28,177 bases of DNA, taken from IMG/VR virus record IMGVR_UViG_3300029309_000007. One strand, given 5' to 3'. Both the position numbers and the translations under genes were made by a program. Origin of the DNA: an uncultured virus (IMG/VR IMGVR_UViG_3300029309_000007). Its lineage: Duplodnaviria > Heunggongvirae > Uroviricota > Caudoviricetes. A model generated the notes under the pieces. The model saw only the letters and a program-made list of their open reading frames with translations. It was not told the origin of the DNA and made no database searches. This document shows positions 9,260 through 17,016 of the stretch, piece by piece. The number at the start of each line of letters is the position of its first letter. Positions within the stretch are counted from its first letter, which is position 1.

Positions 9260-9316
9260 GCTTACGCCCCCTATTCGTTTGAAGTATTATCTCTCTTATC
9301 AATGTGCCTATTGGAT

Positions 9317-9481
9317 TCAGTATGGCTTAGTCCATAACATCGCTTCATCAATTTTACAAGTAAAGCACCTATTGTTAATCGCTTCTTTTTTACATCTTTT
9401 ACAAACAGTAGCATACCTAATTTTTTTAGGCAGTTTTGTTCTCACTTTATGTTTAAAAATATCGTAGTGTTGGCGAGGCAC
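9317..9481 (-). CDS. Small basic Zn-finger protein (54 aa), missed by ORF track
   Basis: GTG start overlapping upstream TAG, GAGG SD; MPRQHYDIFKHKVRTKLPKKIRYATVCKRCKKEAINNRCFTCKIDEAMLWTKPY (CxxC-x8-CxxC); fills an otherwise empty gap. Confidence 0.7.
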   Translation of the reverse strand: MPRQHYDIFKHKVRTKLPKKIRYATVCKRCKKEAINNRCFTCKIDEAMLWTKPY

Positions 9482-10167
9482 TATAATCCTCTCCTTTCAT
9501 CCCGTAATTTTCTTTGTTCTTCTTCTCTGTAGTCTCTGTCCTTTTGGGTTTGTTTATCCCTATCTTTTTGTGCCGAGGCTTGTCTTTGACTACGAGTTTT
9601 CTTTTGAGAGGACTGTTTAGGCTTTTTTCCTTGCCCTTTTCTCCTAATATATGTCTTTCCTCTCATTTGTTTTTTTCTTTTTTGCTCTTCTTTTCGCCTT
9701 CTTATTTGTTCATCGAAAGAAATTACTGAATCCTTTGTTAGATTTTTAGTATATCTTTCATACTTTCGCTTAAAAGTACTAATCGCAGTATCAATAGTAT
9801 CTTCTATTTCCTCAAATTCAACCTTTAACGGCTCTTCCCCAAAAGAAAATTGCATATCTTCTGTCAATTTATCAGCAATAGTTTTAGATTTATAGCCCTG
9901 AGAAAGAAGCCAATCACTAATGATTTTTTTAGGCTCGCCTTTTATTTTTGGTTTTGGGGCCGCATCCTTTTTCTTATTAGCATCTTCAGAGATAGTTTTC
10001 CATGCTTCTTCTGCCATTCTTTTGCGCTTTTCGCCCCCTTCGCGCATTCCTTTCAAGTCTTCGTAAATGCTAATCAATCTTTCAGTATTGTGTTTATCTG
10101 CATAATGATATATAATAGAGTAGGCTACTTCTTCAATAGTATTCATTTTTAAAATATTAAACCACAT
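9481..10167 (-). CDS. Tagged (MWFNILK) hypothetical protein with very basic C-terminus
   Basis: GGAGG SD; K/R/Q-rich tail. Confidence 0.8.
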   Translation of the reverse strand: MWFNILKMNTIEEVAYSIIYHYADKHNTERLISIYEDLKGMREGGEKRKRMAEEAWKTISEDANKKKDAAPKPKIKGEPKKIISDWLLSQGYKSKTIADKLTEDMQFSFGEEPLKVEFEEIEDTIDTAISTFKRKYERYTKNLTKDSVISFDEQIRRRKEEQKRKKQMRGKTYIRRKGQGKKPKQSSQKKTRSQRQASAQKDRDKQTQKDRDYREEEQRKLRDERRGL

Positions 10168-11500
10168 TTTGCATCCCTCCGATTTGTTCCATAGAATCCA
10201 TCACAGACATTTTACAATTTTCTTTGTATTTTTGAATATTGTCCAAGTAAATTCCCTCTTTAGCGAAATCAAAACCAACATGGTCTTTATGGTTCTCCCA
10301 CTTCATCAGTTTGAAGATTTCATCACAGCGTTCTTTATACCACGCTTCTTTCTTGAAGCCCTTCTTCATCCTCACCAATTCAAGAAGCAATTCAGCATTC
10401 CCTTTCTTCATTCTAAGGTGTGGCAAACACTTAGTTAAGAGATTATGCACATCATCTTGAGAATAAAAATTCAAACGATTAACAGGCCGAGTATCTTGCG
10501 GAGACTTTTGGTTTAGATGTAGTTTTCCGAAACCAATATCTTTATGAATTTCTTCCATGAATACTCTTCCCCTATCCCCTGTTGCGACTAAGCCGACCCT
10601 TGGGTTATGGCTCCTATCCATTGTAATATATCCATCCGAATCAATAAAAGCAGCAGTATAGGCCCAAATGTTTTTCTTAAGCATATCTGGTAATTTGTAG
10701 TGGCTACCCTCTACTTCACCGACATTCATTTTCTTAATCATTCCTTTGATGATTCTCGTTGAACAATGTTTGTGTAATGTTGAGGGCATTTTATCATAAA
10801 TTTTATTTACTCCTATTCCTGGATTTTCGCAAATAGTTTCAAAAATAAAGTCATATGTCTTTTCTTTTGTCGATTTGTTTAGAGACTGGTCTGTAATTGA
10901 TTTAATAACTCCTCTAAAATCTTTTCTTGCAGAACGAATATCCTTTTCTAATTTGGCAAAGTCTGATGAGAAAGCCATGCCATCTTGATTTAATGTCGCT
11001 TCCCACATCTTACAAAGTGAATCAACAACCTGTCTTCTTGTAGGAACATCATCAATCTTGTTCAACTTTTGTAGGTCTTTTTCATTAAAACGCATTTTAA
11101 GAAGAGGAACCTTGTATGGTGTAATCCAATAGATAGAATCAATGCACTTAGAAATATGGTCGGAGTAGCCATCAATAACAGTATCAATTGCCTTTGCCAT
11201 CTTGACTCTATGTTCTCCTTTTAATTGTCGTCGTGCTTTTCTCATCTTTTTTATGAGGTCGGGAATAGTCTGCCCATCAACGGTATATTCAGATGGAAAT
11301 ATTTGGAGTTGTTTTCTTGCTTCGGTAGCGTTGATGTTAAGATTCTTAGAAAGGTTTGTAATGGCTTCATAGTCAGACATAATGTGAGTAAAACTCATTT
11401 GAATCGTTTCTTCCACTTCTTTTTCTTTCTGTGCTAACTCCTTAATTTTATCTGCTACTTCTTCCTTTTCTTCGGGGCTTTTGTCTTTTATATTCATCAT
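10157..11500 (-). CDS. Protein with helical N-terminal region, possible HTH and C-terminal LAGLIDADG endonuclease domain
   Basis: AYTAAFIDSDGYI is a LAGLIDADG motif; downstream IGFGKL and LPHLRMKK are typical of the family. Confidence 0.8.
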   Translation of the reverse strand: MMNIKDKSPEEKEEVADKIKELAQKEKEVEETIQMSFTHIMSDYEAITNLSKNLNINATEARKQLQIFPSEYTVDGQTIPDLIKKMRKARRQLKGEHRVKMAKAIDTVIDGYSDHISKCIDSIYWITPYKVPLLKMRFNEKDLQKLNKIDDVPTRRQVVDSLCKMWEATLNQDGMAFSSDFAKLEKDIRSARKDFRGVIKSITDQSLNKSTKEKTYDFIFETICENPGIGVNKIYDKMPSTLHKHCSTRIIKGMIKKMNVGEVEGSHYKLPDMLKKNIWAYTAAFIDSDGYITMDRSHNPRVGLVATGDRGRVFMEEIHKDIGFGKLHLNQKSPQDTRPVNRLNFYSQDDVHNLLTKCLPHLRMKKGNAELLLELVRMKKGFKKEAWYKERCDEIFKLMKWENHKDHVGFDFAKEGIYLDNIQKYKENCKMSVMDSMEQIGGMQNVV

Positions 11501-11512
11501 GTTATATCCCCC

Positions 11513-12943
11513 TCAAAAATTAAGCCCTATGAAGCCATTTGACCGCCCATATTTCGGCTGATTAACCGGCTCAAATATCCCCATGTCGTCCAAGAGTATG
11601 AATGTTTCATTAAGCGTATGGGTGGCCGCATTCGCTAAGGCAAGACTCATCACCATGTCGTCATGCGCTCCAATTCCCTCAAATTTGCCACGGTCTGTAA
11701 TCGCAAACATTGACAATTCTTCAATCAATGAAGCCGAGACTCTACGACTTTCTTCGTTGCCGTAGGGCAGGTTAATTTTCTCATTCTCAAAATTCATTTG
11801 AAGACTTAAGATAATCTCTTCTTTGCGCTTTCTTGTTGTATTGAAATCATGCACATTTAAATCTGTAACATTTCTAAGTTCTTGTGTAAAAGATTTAGCG
11901 AATGTATTTGTTTCAAATAGCACGACTTCAGGGTGGAAGATTTTTCCGATAAGTCTAACCTTTTGAATATTCTCTCTAAATTCAACATTTTTTGAACGGT
12001 CAATATATACAATAGATTTATTATCATGTTCATCTACTTCAAGAACAGTAATCACATTGTAGTCGCCATCTGTTGAAATTGCAGGGTCCACCCCAACATA
12101 ATATTTATATCCCTCTCTTCTTTGTGGACGAAGAACAAAGTTTTTATTCTTAGCCTTTTCTAAATATTCAGGATTGAATAGAGATGTTCCTGTTGAAATG
12201 GGAACACACATATACTCACGCGTGAACATCAATGAACCTACTTCGGCCTTTCTTGCCATAAGTGCATCATAAGCCCAACGCTCAGGCCAAAGAGGTTCAT
12301 TTAAAGAATTAAGACATGGATAAGTTCTAACAGTATAGGCCTCGTTTTCTGATAATTGTTGATAAATATCTGTATAACTGAAAGGTGTCCCAATAACACG
12401 CAAAGATGCAGTATGGTGAAGTGTGGGAATCATATCACCATAAAACCAATCTGTGACTTTTTGAATACCAGAAATACTAAATTCCTTTAAAGGGTCGTCA
12501 ATAATAATTTCTTGTGGGTGCAATCCACGAATCTGCGAACCGACCGACCTCTCAAGAATTTGATTTCCATTTGTTAATGTGATGTTTCCAATAGCCCAAC
12601 CTCTTGCAGGTTTAAACTTCTTAAGCATTGGGTGTGTGAACATCTTATCAATGTCTCTCATGTGAACTAAAGTCTGTTTTTGGTTAGAAGAAATGTAAAG
12701 CATTTGATATGGGGGTTCAGAGAAAATTAACTTCCATACCACCCAACTGTGCATAAATACAGACTTTCCGTGGTCTCTCGCACAAATAATAACAGTTCTT
12801 TGCGTATCATTCATTAACTCATGCCATTCTTGGATGTAAGAAGGAAAGTCAAAACCGAGGACATTTTGAAAAAAATATGGGAAAGATTTTTCAGATAACT
12901 TCATATCCATTTCATGTTCAAAGTTAAATGTGTCTAATTCCAT
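11513..12943 (-). CDS. terL: Terminase large subunit
   Basis: Walker A ARDHGKS, Walker B IIIDDP, motif III VIGTP, RNase H-like nuclease YVGVDPA ... HDDMVMSLALA; start moved to ATG 12943 after GGAGG SD. Confidence 0.95.
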   Translation of the reverse strand: MELDTFNFEHEMDMKLSEKSFPYFFQNVLGFDFPSYIQEWHELMNDTQRTVIICARDHGKSVFMHSWVVWKLIFSEPPYQMLYISSNQKQTLVHMRDIDKMFTHPMLKKFKPARGWAIGNITLTNGNQILERSVGSQIRGLHPQEIIIDDPLKEFSISGIQKVTDWFYGDMIPTLHHTASLRVIGTPFSYTDIYQQLSENEAYTVRTYPCLNSLNEPLWPERWAYDALMARKAEVGSLMFTREYMCVPISTGTSLFNPEYLEKAKNKNFVLRPQRREGYKYYVGVDPAISTDGDYNVITVLEVDEHDNKSIVYIDRSKNVEFRENIQKVRLIGKIFHPEVVLFETNTFAKSFTQELRNVTDLNVHDFNTTRKRKEEIILSLQMNFENEKINLPYGNEESRRVSASLIEELSMFAITDRGKFEGIGAHDDMVMSLALANAATHTLNETFILLDDMGIFEPVNQPKYGRSNGFIGLNF

Positions 12944-13452
12944 TTTAGAACCTCCATCCACCTTGGCGAATCTAATTTAATCCATTTCTGCAATTGTTCT
13001 GGATAATTAATTCCTTGAAGTTCTTCTTGAATTTCTTTAGGAAGTTCGCTAATATTCATATCATTAAAACCCCTATCTCTATATATTGTGGCAATTTTAT
13101 CATTAGCAATATTAACATACAATGTTTTAGAACCTTTCTCTGAAATAATCTTATCAACAAACAATGCAGAAAGACCCCGACCCCTAAACTCTTTTCTTAC
13201 ATGAATACCTGCGCCAAGCAACTTACCTTTGTGTTTTGAAAATCCAATCACACCAACTGGTTTATCTTCATAATAAGCAACAAACATTTTTGCTGGCGCA
13301 TTAGCCCAAATAGAATCAGGGGGCAGATATTTTCCATATCTCATGGCTCTTTTTTGATAATCAAAGTAGCCGTCTTCTTCAAAAGTTTTTACCGCTTGTT
13401 CTTCCGACATTTCTCGAAAAATGATTTCGCTGGCGGTAATTCTTTCTGGCAT
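12934..13452 (-). CDS. GNAT-family acetyltransferase with C-terminal tag WMEVLK
   Basis: PVGVIGF, acetyl-CoA motif A IHVRKEFRGRGLS, and N...IYRDRGF motif B. Confidence 0.85.
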   Translation of the reverse strand: MPERITASEIIFREMSEEQAVKTFEEDGYFDYQKRAMRYGKYLPPDSIWANAPAKMFVAYYEDKPVGVIGFSKHKGKLLGAGIHVRKEFRGRGLSALFVDKIISEKGSKTLYVNIANDKIATIYRDRGFNDMNISELPKEIQEELQGINYPEQLQKWIKLDSPRWMEVLKWN

Positions 13453-13456
13453 TCAA

Positions 13457-13786
13457 TCACGAACCTTTCTTCCATTTTTTACTTTTTGATTTAGTTTTGC
13501 TTGGACTCCATTTTACCTTATCAGCCCAATATGCTGCGGAAAGTTTTCCTCTCTTGATATTTTTTCTATGGCGGGATTTAAAAGCCTTTCTTTGACCAGC
13601 AGTTTGATTTGTTTTTACTCCCTGTTGCCCAAAGCGAATAGTCTTAACTTTCTTTCCGTCTTTTGCTACGACAATGTGGGATTTCTTGGGGTGCTTAGGT
13701 GTTCTCTTTGGTTTATTGAAACCAGCGACACCTGCTCTCTTTAGGCGAGGGTCTTTTTTTCTTTTAAGAATTTCTTGCCATGACAT
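13457..13786 (-). CDS. Tagged (MSWQEILK) highly basic small viral protein
   Basis: Start moved to ATG 13786 after AGGTGA; KSHIVVAKDGKKVKTIRFGQQG...FKSRH...SAAYWADKVKW resembles small basic domains recalled from marine viruses (unverified). Confidence 0.8.
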   Translation of the reverse strand: MSWQEILKRKKDPRLKRAGVAGFNKPKRTPKHPKKSHIVVAKDGKKVKTIRFGQQGVKTNQTAGQRKAFKSRHRKNIKRGKLSAAYWADKVKWSPSKTKSKSKKWKKGS

Positions 13787-13790
13787 ATTT

Positions 13791-14366
13791 TCACCTTGTT
13801 TCTTCTTCAAGACCAAATTCTCGCATAATTTTATTAAAAGTTTTTCCTGCTCTAGCGATAATTTTTGCTTCACGCTCTATTTCAGCATCAGCACCTCCCC
13901 TCAGAGGGTTTTCTAAATCATATTCTGTCAGCCCTTTAAAGTCAGATTCAATGGCCTTTTCCAAAAAATCTATACGCTCTCTTGCCGTTTCTTCGGCTTT
14001 CAACATATCATAAAGTGAATCAATTACTCCTTGTTTATATTCAGTATTTGAATAATTTTCTGTAAATTTTGGGAGGATTTCTTGACTAAAATACTTAACT
14101 TCGTCTTTAATGTTTTCTATTTGTCTTTTACGCCTAGTAATTTCAGTTTCTGCTAGATTTGTTAAACGGGTTTTTTGTACCTTTTCTTTTAATTTAGGGT
14201 CACCAAAAATAGCCTCTCTTCTTTTTTTGGCTTCTTTCTCCTCTTCAGCGTAATTCCTGCTACCATAAAACTTTCTACGCTGTTCATCAGTAAAGCGACC
14301 TTTCACCTTTTTGCCCTTTCTAGGGTCATTCACCTTTCTTCTTTTTAGAATATCTTCCCATGTCAT
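13791..14366 (-). CDS. Tagged (MTWEDILK) hypothetical coiled-coil protein
   Basis: Start moved to ATG 14366 after AAGTGA, which removes the overlap with the upstream gene. Confidence 0.78.
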   Translation of the reverse strand: MTWEDILKRRKVNDPRKGKKVKGRFTDEQRRKFYGSRNYAEEEKEAKKRREAIFGDPKLKEKVQKTRLTNLAETEITRRKRQIENIKDEVKYFSQEILPKFTENYSNTEYKQGVIDSLYDMLKAEETARERIDFLEKAIESDFKGLTEYDLENPLRGGADAEIEREAKIIARAGKTFNKIMREFGLEEETR

Positions 14367-14370
14367 AATA

Positions 14371-14739
14371 TCACTTCGGGGTATGCGTGTAAAAATCACC
14401 ATGTTTATGCTCAAAGAGTTTTCCTTCTTGCATTAATTGAGAAATTGCCTTATCTAGTAAATCTTGTGAAGCAATAGATTTTAAGTTCTTCATTCCTAAA
14501 GCACCGCCCTCTTTCATAACTTCTTGAAGAATTTCTTTTTTGATTTGCTCAATGCTTTTCTCGGCTTTCTTTTCTCCATCTTTATCAATGACTCCACGCC
14601 CTATAAGAATATCTTTTCGGGTAATTTTGCCATCTCCAGATAAATCTGGGAATTTTTCAAACTCTTGTCTTTCTTCGCTCTCTGTTTTTTCTGCTTGTGT
14701 ACCGCAATGTCCTTTTAGTATTTCTTTCCATCTACTCAT
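14371..14739 (-). CDS. Tagged (MSRWKEILK) protein with EF-hand-like loop and possible winged-helix C-terminus
   Basis: Loop DLSGDGKITRKD; C-terminal LLDKAISQLMQEGKLFEHKHGDFY is wHTH-like; AGGTGA SD. Confidence 0.75.
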   Translation of the reverse strand: MSRWKEILKGHCGTQAEKTESEERQEFEKFPDLSGDGKITRKDILIGRGVIDKDGEKKAEKSIEQIKKEILQEVMKEGGALGMKNLKSIASQDLLDKAISQLMQEGKLFEHKHGDFYTHTPK

Positions 14740-15424
14740 AACTATCACCTATCAAATAACCTAATTGTCTTCCTGCTTTAATGTCGCTTGGATAATGACT
14801 TCCCATCTGTATTCTCGATAATGAAATTTTATCTGCCATTTCTTTAAGTTGTTTCTTTTTGTCTGGATATTTTTTTCCTAAGACTCTTTCTAAAGCGTGT
14901 GCGCCCATTGAATGTCCACTTGGAAATGCAGGAGTATCGTCTGTTTTTGTTTTTGTTTCTTCTATTTTATCACTTATTTGGTGAGGTCTTGGCCGTTGAT
15001 ATTTCATTTTCAAAGTCATAGCATAATAATTTACATCTTTGATTAAATCTTCGTAGTCGCTTTTTTTAGCCCCTACAATCTTAAACATTTCAACTTCTGG
15101 TCTTAAATCTGTATCTTTCATTTCTTTAGGAGATAACTTTTTCTCTTTCATTATTTTAAGTATGGCAGGAATTTCTCGTTCTTCTTTGGGATAACTTAAT
15201 TTAGGAATATCTATTTTTAACTTAGGTTCCCTCTCTAATATCTTTTTGTTCTCTTCCGAAAGAGTCCCATTCCACTTTAATTTTTTTAGAATGCTAAACC
15301 AACTTTTCTTAACATAACCACTAGCATAGGCCGCTTGTGCAACCTGAACGGCTTTCTTTCTTGTTTTAAATGGGCCTTTTGAACCCCAATAAAAACCGTC
15401 TTTCTTTTTGGTTATTGGCATCAT
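14732..15424 (-). CDS. PAP2/haloperoxidase-superfamily phosphatase with small N-terminal domain and internal tag KKSWFSILKK
   Basis: All three PAP2 motifs: KMKYQRPRP, FPSGHS, SRIQMGSHYPSD. Confidence 0.88.
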   Translation of the reverse strand: MMPITKKKDGFYWGSKGPFKTRKKAVQVAQAAYASGYVKKSWFSILKKLKWNGTLSEENKKILEREPKLKIDIPKLSYPKEEREIPAILKIMKEKKLSPKEMKDTDLRPEVEMFKIVGAKKSDYEDLIKDVNYYAMTLKMKYQRPRPHQISDKIEETKTKTDDTPAFPSGHSMGAHALERVLGKKYPDKKKQLKEMADKISLSRIQMGSHYPSDIKAGRQLGYLIGDSYE

Positions 15425-15427
15425 TCA

Positions 15428-15565
15428 TCACTTCTCTTTTATTTTTTTAACATATTCACGAATTCTTTTTGCTTGGCTGGTGTGCATAGCAATTGCTTTA
15501 TCCAATTCCTTAGCAATCTTTTCTAATTCGCTCACATCTTGTTTTAGTATGTCTTCCCATGTCAT
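15428..15565 (-). CDS. Tagged 45-aa coiled-coil microprotein, missed by ORF track
   Basis: MTWEDILKQDVSELEKIAKELDKAIAMHTSQAKRIREYVKKIKEK; ATGA overlap with upstream stop; fills the gap. Confidence 0.8.
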   Translation of the reverse strand: MTWEDILKQDVSELEKIAKELDKAIAMHTSQAKRIREYVKKIKEK

Positions 15566-15900
15566 GCTCTCATCCTCTTTGTTTTTCTTTTGCTTGATTC
15601 TTTTCTTGCTAAGGCTACTTTATGTGCCGCACTTAATCTTTTCTTTGCTTCGGGGTCTTTTGCTCTTTTTGCTGCTACCCTTGCTCTTTGCTCTACTAAA
15701 TTAATTATTTGTGATTGTCTTTTATGTGATTTAGATTTAAATGCTGAACTTGCGAATGTATCTCTTACATCTTTTGCAGTTTTAAATTTAACAGGAACAG
15801 TATCTTTTGGGTTTTCATCGGTGTATAATCTTCTAGCAGAACCTTTTGGTTTTTTACCTGTTCCTTTCTTTGGGTCGGCTTTTAGGATTTCTTTCCACAT
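15562..15900 (-). CDS. Tagged (MWKEILK) basic small viral protein
   Basis: DPKKGTGKKPKGSARRLYTDENPKDTV domain; TAATG coupling; GGAG SD. Confidence 0.8.
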   Translation of the reverse strand: MWKEILKADPKKGTGKKPKGSARRLYTDENPKDTVPVKFKTAKDVRDTFASSAFKSKSHKRQSQIINLVEQRARVAAKRAKDPEAKKRLSAAHKVALARKESSKRKTKRMRA

Positions 15901-16160
15901 TATGCTCCCTTTCTCCTTTTATATGTTTTACAAGCGGCACAGGTTGGACGACATCTTCTTTTTGTTCCTTTAGATGCATCTTTTCTTCCGCAAGGTTTTG
16001 GCCCATCTTTTGAACCACATGAACCACAATCAATCCATCCTCCCTGCGTTTTTCCGCCCTTTGATTCTTTTCCACCTCTTCTTGAAAACCAACCATGAAG
16101 TCCCTCTTTCTTTTCTCTTGCGAAGTTATCTCCGCCTTTGAGGACTTCTTTCCAAGACAT
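15900..16160 (-). CDS. Tagged (MSWKEVLK) basic Cys-rich small protein
   Basis: GLHGWF...GGWIDCGSC...KPCGRK...CRPTCAAC; start moved to ATG 16160 after AAGTGA. Confidence 0.78.
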   Translation of the reverse strand: MSWKEVLKGGDNFAREKKEGLHGWFSRRGGKESKGGKTQGGWIDCGSCGSKDGPKPCGRKDASKGTKRRCRPTCAACKTYKRRKGA

Positions 16161-16165
16161 AATAA

Positions 16166-16636
16166 TCACTTTTTACCCCAATTAGCCGCACCAACTTTTC
16201 GGCATTGGACTAAAGCCCCGCTTCCATAAGCAGAAGGCCATGTTCCGCCATCTTGAGTATATTTTGCTTTAACTTTATCATAACAGGCAGGGTCTTTTGC
16301 TCTAGCAGAAGATTTCTTTTTGCCCTTCTTTCTCTTCTTACGAGCCTTTTTAGCCCGTCGTGGGTCTTTCTTGAGAAGGTCAAACCATTCGCTTTTCTTT
16401 AGCCTTTCTCTTTTTGCATCAGACAATTTTGTTTCCCCCTGTTGAATTGGCCCCGTATTAATATTTTCTGCCTTTCCTGTGACTAATTTCTTTTGACCTC
16501 CAGCCTTTCTTGCTCTATTCATTTCTTTAGCATCGGCTTTGGCCTTTTCTTTTGTTGAGAAACCGCCCCTTTTCTTACCGTCAAGAAAATAGTAATATTC
16601 ATTACCTGTGCTGTAAATCTCAACCATTTTCTTCAT
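16166..16636 (-). CDS. Two-domain basic protein with internal tag KKSEWFDLLKK
   Basis: C-terminal DPACYDKVKAKY...WPSAYGSGALVQCRKVGAANWG domain; AAGTGA SD. Confidence 0.8.
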   Translation of the reverse strand: MKKMVEIYSTGNEYYYFLDGKKRGGFSTKEKAKADAKEMNRARKAGGQKKLVTGKAENINTGPIQQGETKLSDAKRERLKKSEWFDLLKKDPRRAKKARKKRKKGKKKSSARAKDPACYDKVKAKYTQDGGTWPSAYGSGALVQCRKVGAANWGKK

Positions 16637-16640
16637 AGTA

Positions 16641-17012
16641 TCACTTAAACCAACTAAATTCAGAAGCAGGAATGCCCATTCTTACAAGGAATTTTTTAAC
16701 AGGTGTAAGTCTTTCTCTAAATCTTTCTACATCTGCAGAGGTATTTAAACGATATTTTCCATATTCAAACACCTTACTCTTAAAATATCTTAAAGCATCA
16801 AGGGTTTCTTCAAGTCTTTCTTTTGCTTCTCCTTTTGTGTCGGCCATGTATTCTCTGATAATATCAGAAAATTTATCTATTTCTTTTACAACAGGCTTTG
16901 AAAGTCTTTCTGCATTTTCTTCTTTACCAGCATCATAATCTGCGCGAGCATACTCATGTGCCAATAAATTCGCTCTTTCATTACTAATCTTCAAAATATT
17001 TTCCCAGTTCAT
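16641..17012 (-). CDS. Tagged (MNWENILK) hypothetical protein
   Basis: Start moved to ATG 17012 after AGGTGA. Confidence 0.8.
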   Translation of the reverse strand: MNWENILKISNERANLLAHEYARADYDAGKEENAERLSKPVVKEIDKFSDIIREYMADTKGEAKERLEETLDALRYFKSKVFEYGKYRLNTSADVERFRERLTPVKKFLVRMGIPASEFSWFK

Positions 17013-17016
17013 AGTA

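Noticed and set aside
10157..11500. Intein or group I intron carrying the LAGLIDADG domain
   Set aside because: No C/S-start or HN-end splice motifs; flanking terL and portal genes are intact.
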